From Bacteroidia bacterium (GTDB lineage Bacteria; Bacteroidota; Bacteroidia; M30B66), in assembly GCA_965279035.1 (NCBI GenBank), contig OZ257142.1, positions 2,368,001 to 2,432,000 on the forward strand: a stretch of 64,000 nucleotides of DNA. Direction: 5' to 3'. The position numbers and the translations under genes were made by a program. Within the stretch, counting starts at the first letter, position 1, and each line of letters begins with the position of its first letter. Below the pieces are notes generated by a model. That model was not told the origin of the DNA. It searched no databases and saw nothing but the letters and a program-made list of their open reading frames with translations. Shown one piece after another: positions 1-9,427 of the stretch.

Positions 1-1008
1 ACGGGTAATAGTCAAGATGAATGCAAGGGGACATTGATCTGTCTTGATTCAACTGAGGCCGTTGTTCATGAAGCAATTGAAAAGGGGTGTAACCTTATCG
101 TTGCTCATCATCCAATTGTTTTCTCTGGATTGAAACGCTTCACTGGCGATACCTATATCGAAAGAACCTTATTATTAGCTATTCTGCATAACATTGCCAT
201 CTATGCTATACATACGAATCTCGATAATGTGAATTCGGGTGTGAGTCAAGAAATGGCCAATCGATTAGGTTTAATTAATACTCGAATTCTACAACCTAAA
301 TCGAATATGCTATTAAAGCTTGTCACATATGTCCCAGAATCGTACTTAGAACTAGTGATGCAAGCAGTTTTTAATGCAGGGGCGGGTGCGATTGGAAATT
401 ATGATGAATGTTCATTTCAAATGCAAGGCTTGGGGACTTTCAGACCAAATAAAGTAGCTAAACCATTTATAGGAGAAGCTGGCATTCGTCAACAAGAAAA
501 TGAAACGAGGATTGAATTTATTGCTCCTTCATGGAAACAAGCATCGGTCATGAATGCTTTGATTCAAGCACATCCGTATGAAGAGGTTGCTTATGAATGG
601 ATTAAACTTGAAAATAGTTTGCAAACCAATGGTGCTGGAATAGTAGGTGAATTGCCAGATGCCTTATCTCCGAAAGAAGTTTTGAATAAAATAAAAGCTG
701 TTTTTGGAGGCATGATCAGATACACTTCCTTGGGACAAGAGAAAATAAAACGAATTGCCTTATGTGGAGGATCTGGAAGTTTTCTTTTGAAAGATGCTAT
801 TCAATCTAAGGCTGATCTTTTCCTAACATCCGACTTTAAATACCATCAATTTTTTGATGCTGAAGACAAAATAGTGATAGCAGATATCGGACACTTTGAA
901 AGTGAGCAGTTTACAATGGAACTTATTCATAGGTATCTGAATCAAAAAATTTCTAACTTTGCCGGCTGTTTAACTACGATTTCGACCAATCCTATTCACT
1001 ATCTCTGA
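1..1008 (+). CDS. Nif3-like dinuclear metal centre hexameric protein (5' truncated by the window edge)
   Basis: Frame is open from base 1 (TGNSQDECKGTLICLD). Motifs HHPIVF, HTNLD, HPYEEVAY (PII-like insertion), CGGSGS, D-x-KYH and DIGHFESE. Confidence 0.92.
   Translation, partial: TGNSQDECKGTLICLDSTEAVVHEAIEKGCNLIVAHHPIVFSGLKRFTGDTYIERTLLLAILHNIAIYAIHTNLDNVNSGVSQEMANRLGLINTRILQPKSNMLLKLVTYVPESYLELVMQAVFNAGAGAIGNYDECSFQMQGLGTFRPNKVAKPFIGEAGIRQQENETRIEFIAPSWKQASVMNALIQAHPYEEVAYEWIKLENSLQTNGAGIVGELPDALSPKEVLNKIKAVFGGMIRYTSLGQEKIKRIALCGGSGSFLLKDAIQSKADLFLTSDFKYHQFFDAEDKIVIADIGHFESEQFTMELIHRYLNQKISNFAGCLTTISTNPIHYL
954..961 (+). promoter_or_regulatory. Bacteroidota sigma70 -7 box inside the 3' end of the nif3-like gene; likely promoter for the Zn-ribbon gene
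   Basis: TAACTTTG matches TAnnTTTG, about 50 nt upstream of ATG 1014. Confidence 0.5.
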
Positions 1009-1013
1009 CATAC

Positions 1014-1784
1014 ATGAGCGCAACACTTCCAGCAGAAACCAAATCAGAAATTTCAGTAGAAGAAAAACTGCGGGCACTTTATAAGCTTCAGTTAGTCGAT
1101 ACCCAAATCGACAAAATACGTATTGTACGTGGCGAATTGCCATTAGAAGTTCAAGATTTAGAGGATGAACTTATTGGTTTGGATACTCGAATTAATAATC
1201 TTCAGTCTGAAGTAAAACAATTAGAAGATTCGATTAACGACAAGAAAAATGCGATTAAAGAATCTCTATCACTAATTGCTAAGTATGAATCACAGCAAGG
1301 AAATGTGAGGAATAATCGTGAGTTCGATTCAATCAATAAAGAAATAGAATACCAAACATTGGATATTCAACTTTCTGAAAAACGAATGAAAGAATTCAAA
1401 GCTAGTATTGATGCTAAGTCTGAATTAATCGTTACTTCTAAAAATAATTTAGAAGAGAGAACAAAAGATTTAGAGCATAAAAAATCTGAATTAGCTGATA
1501 TCGTTGCTGAAACTGAAAAAGACGAGAAAAAACTTGTTGATGAATCTGAAAAAGCAGCAAAACATATCGAAGAACGCCTTTTTGCAGCATACAAGCGCAT
1601 TCGTTCAAATGCCATTAATGGATTGGCTGTAGTTACAATTCAACGTGATTCTTGTGGTGGTTGCTTCAATCATATTCCACCTCAACGTCAAATGGATATT
1701 CGTTTACGTAAAAAAATCATCGTATGTGAATATTGTGGTCGATTATTAGTCGATCCAGAAATTGCAGCTGAAACTACAGTTTAA
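1014..1784 (+). CDS. C4-type zinc-ribbon coiled-coil protein (DUF164, CT398/HP0958-like)
   Basis: Long coiled coil ending in CGGC...CEYC. Usual position downstream of a nif3-like gene. Confidence 0.9.
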   Translation: MSATLPAETKSEISVEEKLRALYKLQLVDTQIDKIRIVRGELPLEVQDLEDELIGLDTRINNLQSEVKQLEDSINDKKNAIKESLSLIAKYESQQGNVRNNREFDSINKEIEYQTLDIQLSEKRMKEFKASIDAKSELIVTSKNNLEERTKDLEHKKSELADIVAETEKDEKKLVDESEKAAKHIEERLFAAYKRIRSNAINGLAVVTIQRDSCGGCFNHIPPQRQMDIRLRKKIIVCEYCGRLLVDPEIAAETTV

Positions 1785-1806
1785 TCTGTAAGCGATAGTA
1801 TCTTTG

Positions 1807-1836
1807 AAGGGAATCCATTTTGGTTTCCCTTTTTTT
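1807..1836 (+). terminator. Probable intrinsic terminator
   Basis: AAGGGAAtCCA-TTT-TGGtTTCCCTT followed by a T run. Confidence 0.65.
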
Positions 1837-3312
1837 ATGCGTTTAATTTTCATTTTATATCTCATCTTAAATACTGGTTTGTTTCTAAAAGCCGAAGGTG
1901 ATTTTGTATTATCTGAAAAAATAATTGACGCTTATAAATCAACCATTCGATTTGATTTAAATACAACACATAATTTATTAACGGAAGAACGGAAAATTCA
2001 TCCTGGAAACGGGTTCTCTTACCTCATTGATAATTATGCTGATTTTATCAAAGTCTTTGTTGAAGATGATCCTATTGAATATCGAAAAGCACTCGCCAAG
2101 AGAGAACAACGAATTAAGAACTTGGAATTGTGTGATAATCAATCTCCGTATAAACGTTATTGCCTAGCTGAAATATATTTACAATGGTCATTTCTTCGGT
2201 TTCAACAAGATGAAAAAACAAAATCAGCAAATGATCTTCGAAAAGCTGCTTCATTCCTAAACGAAAATCAAAAACGCTTTCCTTCATTTATACTCAATAA
2301 AAAGGGGCTTTCTATTATTCATATACTCTCTGGAAGTATCCCCGATAATTTGAAGTGGCTTGCTCAATTAGCTGGAATTTCGGGTAATGTGGATCAAGGT
2401 CGCATCGAATTAAATTCTGTTATTTCTTGGACACGCGATAAATCGGAATTTAATTTTCTACTTCCGGAATTGTTGTTTTATTCTCAATTGCTAAGTGTAC
2501 AATTGCTTGATGATCAATCGTGTTTGTTAATTTCTCAAACCAAAGATTCACTCTTCTCTAAAGAACCATTAATCCAATATATCGATATTCTCGTTTCTCA
2601 AAAAAAACAAAACTCTAAATCTGTAATTGAGCTGATTAAAAAATTTCCACAGAGTACAACGGGAGTTCAGTTATGTTTTTTGAGTTATTTGTCGGAAGAA
2701 GCACGTTTAAATCTCGGACTCGCTGATGAGCTTGGGTTTCAGAAATTTATTACATGTTCCCAAGGGAAACATTTTAAACATGCAGCAATCCGCAAAATTG
2801 CATGGCAGTATTTATTACAAGGAAATACACGAGCCTACCATTCAAAAATGGAAATGTTATTATCCTTGGATAAACCTAAAACGGAAGAAGATAAACAGGC
2901 ATTCCGTGAAGCTCATTCTAAAACGATCCCGAATATTCACCTTTTACGTGCTCGACTCGATTTTGATGGAGGGAATTCCACTATTGCTATTCAGTCATTA
3001 CTAAAATTGGATTTAAAAAATCGGGATATTTTATTTTTAACCGAATATGCTTATCGATTAGGTAGATGCTATCATTGGTTAAACAATGAGAAGGAAGCAT
3101 TGAAATGGTATGAAATGACAATCAGAAGTGGAGCACAAATTCCAGAATATTACGCAGCTTCAGCATCCTATCAAATGGGTAAAATATATATCAACCAAAA
3201 TAAATTGAAAGAAGCAAAAGCGGCATTAATTCAAGTAAGCAAATTTCCCGAACACGCTTATAAAAGTAGTCTCGATACGAAAGCAAAAACAGCTTTAAAA
3301 AAAATCCAATAG
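1837..3312 (+). CDS. Secreted tetratricopeptide-repeat protein
   Basis: ATG 1837 gives a signal peptide (MRLIFILYLILNTGLFLKA). The track's TTG start at 1804 would run through the terminator. C-terminal TPR motifs (YAYRLGRCY, ASYQMGKIY). Confidence 0.75.
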   Translation: MRLIFILYLILNTGLFLKAEGDFVLSEKIIDAYKSTIRFDLNTTHNLLTEERKIHPGNGFSYLIDNYADFIKVFVEDDPIEYRKALAKREQRIKNLELCDNQSPYKRYCLAEIYLQWSFLRFQQDEKTKSANDLRKAASFLNENQKRFPSFILNKKGLSIIHILSGSIPDNLKWLAQLAGISGNVDQGRIELNSVISWTRDKSEFNFLLPELLFYSQLLSVQLLDDQSCLLISQTKDSLFSKEPLIQYIDILVSQKKQNSKSVIELIKKFPQSTTGVQLCFLSYLSEEARLNLGLADELGFQKFITCSQGKHFKHAAIRKIAWQYLLQGNTRAYHSKMEMLLSLDKPKTEEDKQAFREAHSKTIPNIHLLRARLDFDGGNSTIAIQSLLKLDLKNRDILFLTEYAYRLGRCYHWLNNEKEALKWYEMTIRSGAQIPEYYAASASYQMGKIYINQNKLKEAKAALIQVSKFPEHAYKSSLDTKAKTALKKIQ

Positions 3313-3318
3313 AATTAA

Positions 3319-4770
3319 CTAGAAACGAGTCCCTATGGTAAATACAACATTGTGTCGGTTAGCTGTCAATGCTACTGGTTGAACCTGAACTAGATTGGGA
3401 TTGTAGGGATAATAGTTTTTATGCTGTTGACTATATACATAGGCTAAATCCATAAAAAAGTCATGATCTCGATATCCTCCACCTAAGGAAAATGTTTTAA
3501 TACTTTGATCAATCGTTGAAACAGAATAAGGATTTCCAATCAATTGAAAACCTCCTCTTAAATACATATCTGAAAAACGTGCTTCTGCACCAATTCTTAA
3601 ATTACCTGTAGATTGAAGTCGAGTTGAAATAGCCGTATTCGTATTATCAAATAGTCCAGTATTTTCAACCAATTTGCTTTGAGAATAATTGACCATTTCA
3701 TAATCAGCAGAAATAATACCTTGTTTACCCAAAATAAATGCAGCACTTGCAGTGATACGTGCAGGTTGTCTTAATTTATATTTATAAGTTCCATTTATAA
3801 TTCCAGGAGAATAATCACCAGTAGATAAACTAGAAGTCAAGTCATACGAATAGTCTGAATTAATAGTATAATCAAGCGGAACAAAGGCAGAAGCTCCTAA
3901 TCGAAGGAAATCAGATACTCTGTAAATTGCTCCAACTCTTAATGCTATTGATGTTGCTTTATCTGTTAGTGTGCGTGTATAAACGAGATTATTAAAACTT
4001 GGTATAGAATCTAGATCATCTCGTTCGGTATAGGTATTCGTTTGTTCATAAACAATCCTTCTTAAAGCAAGTGTAGCTCCTAAATACAGGCGATTACTAT
4101 AGTTTCCAGCAAAAGCAATATCAGTTTCACCTGTTCTCCCTCTTCCTTCAATTGTTCCTCTTTGTGTAATTTTTCCTGAAGAAGGACCTAATAAACTAAC
4201 ATAACTTGTATTTCCTGATGAATCTGTTACCGGATCAATTAAATAACTATTATATGCTAAATTAATATCTGAATTAGATGGTGGAGCAGGAATTCCATAA
4301 GCAGATGCTGCAAATGCATTCACAATAGAATTCGATGGATTATATCCTCTATATGTCCATTGTTCGGATAAATTATTGTTCTTATTATAACCAATGGCAA
4401 AGGTCGACCCCATCCATCCTTTTGTTTTCAGTCTATTCGGAGCAGGAGTATGAATGACCAAATGGAAATTTGTCAAATTGAAATTGAATTTCCTATCTGT
4501 TTCTGGTGTTCCGTAATAGTTTGTTTTCCCGGAAAAATTGAAAATGGAAGGAGAAACTGCGAATTCAGATTGTCGATATAGTCCTAATCCGGCTGGATTT
4601 GTCGATGCATTAGAAAAATCTGCTCCAACAGCGCCAGTGGCACCGCCCATTCCAAGAGCTAGAGCAGTGCCACCAGTATTAGTTTGAGAATACCGAACAA
4701 CATCATCAATATTTTGAGCAAATGATGATGTTGCCCATGCAATAATTGACATTAAAACTAATTTCTTCAT
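3319..4770 (-). CDS. OmpP1/FadL-family outer-membrane beta-barrel
   Basis: Signal peptide, then GTALALGMGGATGAVGADFS..NPAGLG hatch motif, amphipathic strands and a terminal Phe (IGTRF). Confidence 0.85.
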   Translation of the reverse strand: MKKLVLMSIIAWATSSFAQNIDDVVRYSQTNTGGTALALGMGGATGAVGADFSNASTNPAGLGLYRQSEFAVSPSIFNFSGKTNYYGTPETDRKFNFNLTNFHLVIHTPAPNRLKTKGWMGSTFAIGYNKNNNLSEQWTYRGYNPSNSIVNAFAASAYGIPAPPSNSDINLAYNSYLIDPVTDSSGNTSYVSLLGPSSGKITQRGTIEGRGRTGETDIAFAGNYSNRLYLGATLALRRIVYEQTNTYTERDDLDSIPSFNNLVYTRTLTDKATSIALRVGAIYRVSDFLRLGASAFVPLDYTINSDYSYDLTSSLSTGDYSPGIINGTYKYKLRQPARITASAAFILGKQGIISADYEMVNYSQSKLVENTGLFDNTNTAISTRLQSTGNLRIGAEARFSDMYLRGGFQLIGNPYSVSTIDQSIKTFSLGGGYRDHDFFMDLAYVYSQQHKNYYPYNPNLVQVQPVALTANRHNVVFTIGTRF

Positions 4771-4779
4771 CGCGTTAGA

Positions 4780-7074
4780 TTATCTACGTGGAGATGACAT
4801 ATGTCCGCCACCATTTCCTCCTCCTGATCGAACTCCTCCACCAGACCCACCAAAACTACCTCCATGAGATGGAGATGATTGTCTTGGAGCTTCCATTCTA
4901 GGTGATGATTGTGGAGATTGATATTGTTGGTGAGGAGCTGATTGAGGAGCTTGAAATTGCTGACGAGGAGCTGATTGAGGATAATTTTGCTGAGGTGCCT
5001 GTTGATAGCTGTTTCTTGGAGCTTGTGGGGCTTGTTGATACGAATTATTTCGAGGTGTCTCGTATTGCTGATTGTTTTGAGGTGCCTGATAACTATTTCG
5101 TGGTTGCTGATATTGTTGATTATTGTTCGAAGGCTGCTGCTGGTTTTGAGGAGCTTGATAATTATTTCGCGGTTGTTGATATTGCTGATAATTATTCGAA
5201 GGCTGCTGCTGATTTTGAGGAGCTTGATAATTATTTCGCGGTTGTTGATATTGCTGATAATTATTCGAAGGCTGCTGCTGATTTTGAGGAGCTTGATAAT
5301 TATTTCGTGGCTGTTGATATTGCTGATAATTATTCGTAGGCTGTTGTTGATTTTGTGGAGCCTGATAATTATTTCGAGGTTGCTGATAATTGTTCGCCGG
5401 CTGTTGTTGACCTTGAGAAGAAGGTTGAGTAGATCCGGAAGGTGTTTGATTATTCCGCATACCATTTATTTGTTCTTGCGAACGAATAGGTTCAGGCTGT
5501 TGATTTCGAACCGCTGGGCTAGAATAAATAGAAGGATCAATATTAGCAGGACGACTTATTGAAGGAGTATTATCACTTCTTTCTTTGGGTTGATTAATAG
5601 GTGCGCTACTGTATGAACTTGCAACAGAAGGTTTAGAATTTCCATCTTGACGTATAACACCACTATTGATCAAATCTTGTTTTCCAGTTTGAGAAGGAAC
5701 TTCAGTAGCAGGTTTTGGAGCGCTTGTAAAATTAGATGCTTGTGGATTTTTACCACCTGATGCTGAAATCGAATTCGTTTGATTTTTAATGGCTTCATTA
5801 GATTTTACTGGGGAATTGCTTAATGCATCCGTTTTTACATTTCCATTGGTTGAGCCATTTTTAACTGCATTATTCCCTTGAAGACTTGAGTTCGAGATAT
5901 TATCTGACTTATTCGGTTGAAGGCTTGTTGCTTCTTTAATTTCACCTGAAGTAATTTGAGGTTTACCAGTTAAATTTTTTGTTTCAGTTTTTACAGGGAC
6001 AGAACTAATCTGATCTTTTTCAGTTCCAGCTTTACTTATTGTTGGATTTACTGGCGATTTACCAGGATTTACATTCGTAGCTGATACAGACGAATTAATA
6101 GAGCTAGCAGAAATTGGTTTTACTGAATTCTTGCTTTCTAATGAACTTAAAGAAACACTTTGTCCAATCTCTTTAGAAAAAACTGATGATAAATCATTTC
6201 CCGATTTATAACTACTTCCACCATTCGATCCTGCAGTATTAGGACCGTAATTCACTACAGTTGAATTATTATATGTATTGTTATCATAACTGTTATAATA
6301 TACTGGGTTATACATCATATTATTATAGAGCATAATATTTGAATAACCATACATGTTATTCATTCCATAATATCCCCAAGGACTATAGCTGTATGGATTA
6401 TAGCTAAATGGTGAACACCATGGATTATATCCCCAAGTATTCCATCTCCAGGGATTGTTGAACATGTAATAAGGATTTGAATATCCCATTCCATAGTTCA
6501 TATAAAATCCAGAATAGGAATTCCAGCCAAAATTTAATCCAGAACCTCCCCAACTATTGTATCCCCAAGGAACATAGGGATTATAAAAACCATAGGTAGA
6601 GTAAATGCTATTTCCAAAATACATTGGATTATAATTGTAAAAATATTGATTGGTATAATAAGGATTATAATATCCTAAACCTGAATTGTAGTTTCGGTGA
6701 AATCTACGGATACGTGATGTATACATGTAATCGTAATAATTATCCATGTCATAATCATTGCCATAATAATTATTGGTGATATTCCCTCCATTATTTGAGG
6801 GGTTTTGTGTATAGTTAGAAGAATTAGGATCAGAATAACGTTGATAGTTATCATCAGAAGATTGATCCTGATTGGAATCTGTTGTTTGAGGATAACTGCT
6901 TGAATTTTGCGGTTCGTTTTTAATTAATTTTCGGGCCGCTCGACGTTCGTGATTTGCATCTGCAAGAGAGTAATATCTATCGTCAGATTCTGGGTTATGA
7001 CTGCTTCGGTTTGTGTTGCAGGAAGTACCAAATGCTATTAGTACGATGCCTGTTAAATAGGTCAAAAGTTTCAT
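4780..7074 (-). CDS. Low-complexity lipoprotein (Y/N/G-rich, then S/N/K-rich, then Q/N/P tandem repeats, Gly/Arg tail), about 764 aa
   Basis: In-frame ATG 7074 gives MKLLTYLTGIVLIAFGTS-C (lipobox). The stop is 9 nt upstream of the FadL gene start. Divergent from proS. Confidence 0.8.
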   Translation of the reverse strand: MKLLTYLTGIVLIAFGTSCNTNRSSHNPESDDRYYSLADANHERRAARKLIKNEPQNSSSYPQTTDSNQDQSSDDNYQRYSDPNSSNYTQNPSNNGGNITNNYYGNDYDMDNYYDYMYTSRIRRFHRNYNSGLGYYNPYYTNQYFYNYNPMYFGNSIYSTYGFYNPYVPWGYNSWGGSGLNFGWNSYSGFYMNYGMGYSNPYYMFNNPWRWNTWGYNPWCSPFSYNPYSYSPWGYYGMNNMYGYSNIMLYNNMMYNPVYYNSYDNNTYNNSTVVNYGPNTAGSNGGSSYKSGNDLSSVFSKEIGQSVSLSSLESKNSVKPISASSINSSVSATNVNPGKSPVNPTISKAGTEKDQISSVPVKTETKNLTGKPQITSGEIKEATSLQPNKSDNISNSSLQGNNAVKNGSTNGNVKTDALSNSPVKSNEAIKNQTNSISASGGKNPQASNFTSAPKPATEVPSQTGKQDLINSGVIRQDGNSKPSVASSYSSAPINQPKERSDNTPSISRPANIDPSIYSSPAVRNQQPEPIRSQEQINGMRNNQTPSGSTQPSSQGQQQPANNYQQPRNNYQAPQNQQQPTNNYQQYQQPRNNYQAPQNQQQPSNNYQQYQQPRNNYQAPQNQQQPSNNYQQYQQPRNNYQAPQNQQQPSNNNQQYQQPRNSYQAPQNNQQYETPRNNSYQQAPQAPRNSYQQAPQQNYPQSAPRQQFQAPQSAPHQQYQSPQSSPRMEAPRQSSPSHGGSFGGSGGGVRSGGGNGGGHMSSPRR
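5065..5410. repeat. 69-bp coding tandem repeat, about 5 copies (QQPRNNYQAPQNQQQPSNNYQQY)
   Basis: Motif g(a/t)gc(t/c)tgataa(t/c)tatttcg recurs at 5082, 5151, 5220, 5289 and 5358. Confidence 0.95.
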
Positions 7075-7187
7075 AGGACCTTGTTTTTGGAATGTAGAGC
7101 TGATCATAGGATCAAAGGCTTGAGTGAATTGTATTATTTTTACCGCAACATTTTTCGCAGTTTTCAAATACCATACCAAAAAAGACA

Positions 7188-8663
7188 ATGAGTAAAGAAC
7201 ATTCAACAAGAGAAGAAAACTATTCACAATGGTACAACGATATTGTTATAAAGGCTGATTTAGCTGAGAATTCAGCTGTTCGTGGCTGTATGGTTATTAA
7301 ACCGTATGGATATGCTATTTGGGAAAAAATGCAAGCTGCTTTAGATAAAATGTTCAAAGACACTGGTCATGTGAATGCTTATTTTCCATTGTTTATTCCC
7401 AAATCATTTTTAAGCAAAGAAGCTGCACATGTGGAAGGTTTTGCTAAAGAATGTGCTGTAGTTACTCATTATCGATTAATGAATGATCCAAATGGTAAAG
7501 GTGTAATTGTAGATCCTGATGCGAAATTGGAAGAAGAATTAATTGTTCGTCCAACTTCTGAAACCATTATTTGGAGCACTTATAAAGGATGGATTCAATC
7601 GTATAGAGATTTGCCATTACTTGTTAATCAATGGGCAAACGTTGTTCGATGGGAAATGCGAACACGTTTATTCTTAAGAACTGCAGAGTTTTTATGGCAA
7701 GAAGGTCATACAGCTCATGCAACAGCACAAGAAGCCATTGAAGAAACTGAAAGAATGCTTGATGTATATGCAGATTTTGCAGAAAATTTCATGGCAATAC
7801 CAGTAATCAAAGGGATAAAAACGGAAAACGAACGCTTTGCTGGAGCATTAAATACATATTGTATTGAAGCAATGATGCAAGATGGTAAAGCACTTCAAGC
7901 AGGAACATCTCACTTTTTAGGTCAAAATTTCGCGAAAGCATTTGATGTAAAATTTACAAGCAAAGAGGGTAAACTGGATTATGTTTGGGCAACTTCATGG
8001 GGTGTTTCTACACGTTTAATGGGAGCATTGATTATGACCCATTCTGATGATAAAGGCCTTGTTCTTCCTCCTAAATTAGCACCATTTCAAGTGGTCATTG
8101 TTCCAATCTATCGCTCAGATGAAGAATTTACACGTGTTTGTGATGCTGGTAAATCTATTAAAAAAGAGTTGGAACGATTTGGCGTTTCAGTAAAGTTGGA
8201 TGATCGTGATACACAGAAACCAGGTTTTAAATTTGCCGAACACGAGTTTAGAGGTGTTCCAATTCGTATTGCAATTGGACCAAGAGATCTTGAAAATGGA
8301 ACAGTTGAAGTAGCTAGAAGAGATACTCTTGAAAAAGAGGTACTTCAAATTACAGATTTATCCACTAAAATTGTTCATCTTCTTGAACAAATACAAGATA
8401 ATCTATATACAAGAGCAATGGATTTTAGAGAAGCTAAAACTCATAAGGCTGATAATTGGGATGAATTTGTTGCTTTATTAGATGGGCCAGGTGGATTTAT
8501 CCATGCTCATTGGGATGGAACTTCTGAAACTGAAAATAAAATTAAAGAAATGACAAAGGCAACTATTCGCTGTATTCCTTTGGATACTAAACCGGAAGAA
8601 GGAAAATGCATTTTAACTGGTAATCCTTCACATCAAAGAGTCATATTTGCTCGTTCATATTAA
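7188..8663 (+). CDS. proS: Proline--tRNA ligase (eukaryote/archaeal type)
   Basis: [63 protein letters not shown] and C-terminal FARSY. Confidence 0.97.
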   Translation: MSKEHSTREENYSQWYNDIVIKADLAENSAVRGCMVIKPYGYAIWEKMQAALDKMFKDTGHVNAYFPLFIPKSFLSKEAAHVEGFAKECAVVTHYRLMNDPNGKGVIVDPDAKLEEELIVRPTSETIIWSTYKGWIQSYRDLPLLVNQWANVVRWEMRTRLFLRTAEFLWQEGHTAHATAQEAIEETERMLDVYADFAENFMAIPVIKGIKTENERFAGALNTYCIEAMMQDGKALQAGTSHFLGQNFAKAFDVKFTSKEGKLDYVWATSWGVSTRLMGALIMTHSDDKGLVLPPKLAPFQVVIVPIYRSDEEFTRVCDAGKSIKKELERFGVSVKLDDRDTQKPGFKFAEHEFRGVPIRIAIGPRDLENGTVEVARRDTLEKEVLQITDLSTKIVHLLEQIQDNLYTRAMDFREAKTHKADNWDEFVALLDGPGGFIHAHWDGTSETENKIKEMTKATIRCIPLDTKPEEGKCILTGNPSHQRVIFARSY

Positions 8664-8672
8664 TTCCTTTTT

Positions 8673-9359
8673 ATGCAAAATGCTCAAGAACTGATCATTC
8701 AAACATTGAAAGAAAAATCGTCACTTAAACAAGATATTTACCGTCTTAATTTGAGTGTTTTCGATCAATTTAAAACAGCGCTCAAAGAAGTAGCTTCATC
8801 ATTGCATGATGAAATTCAACAAATTGACAAACGAATTGTCATTGAATATAGTGAGAATTCGCCCTTTTCAATTCAAGTGAGAACAGCCGGTGATATTCTC
8901 GTTTTTGAAATGCATACCAATGTATTTCTATTTGATGCACAACATAAAATATGGAATTTATCCTACGTTCAAGAAGATCATTCTCGAGGATATTGTGGTT
9001 TAATTAATATTTACAATTTCCTTTCAGATTCAATTCAATATAAACGTGTGAATGATGTTGGATATTTAATTGGGCGCATATTCATCAATAAAGAAAGCCA
9101 CTTTATGGTTGAAGGAAAACGTCAGATGGGTTTTTTGTACAATAATTTCTCAACGGATATTATTACACCTCAACGAATAAAAGAAGTCATTCAATCGGCA
9201 ATTCTATTTTGTTTAAATTTTGATTTATTAATGCCTCCTTACGAAGCTGTTCAAGAAACAACTTTCAGTCAAATTAATGAAAATGCTCAAAGCATTAAAG
9301 CAATTACTGGAAAACGTTTAGGATTCAGATTTCATAAAGACGAAGATCATATTAGTTAA
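8673..9359 (+). CDS. Hypothetical cytoplasmic protein
   Basis: 228-aa ORF 9 nt after proS on the same strand, globular composition, followed by a terminator. Confidence 0.75.
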   Translation: MQNAQELIIQTLKEKSSLKQDIYRLNLSVFDQFKTALKEVASSLHDEIQQIDKRIVIEYSENSPFSIQVRTAGDILVFEMHTNVFLFDAQHKIWNLSYVQEDHSRGYCGLINIYNFLSDSIQYKRVNDVGYLIGRIFINKESHFMVEGKRQMGFLYNNFSTDIITPQRIKEVIQSAILFCLNFDLLMPPYEAVQETTFSQINENAQSIKAITGKRLGFRFHKDEDHIS

Positions 9360-9374
9360 TATGATTTAATACAA

Positions 9375-9420
9375 AACCCGACAAAACAGATTAAATCAGT
9401 TTTGTCGGGTTATTTTTTTT
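9375..9420. terminator. Bidirectional intrinsic terminator
   Basis: AACCCGACAAAAC (9375-9387) pairs with GTTTTGTCGGGTT (9399-9411), followed by T8; lies between convergent genes. Confidence 0.85.
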
Positions 9421-9427
9421 AGGGAGT

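Noticed and set aside
5065-5410. Possible CRISPR array
   Set aside because: The units are contiguous in-frame tandem repeats without unique spacers, and no cas genes are present.
4767-5562. Alternative-frame and antisense ORFs 4767-5465(-), 4902-5339(+) and 4975-5562(+)
   Set aside because: They are shadows of the stop-poor 69-bp repeat inside the lipoprotein gene, with implausible I/L/R or D/A/V periodic composition.
7075-7227. N-terminal 51-aa extension of the 815-aa ORF
   Set aside because: It overlaps the proS start on the opposite strand, and ATG 7074 gives a proper lipoprotein signal.
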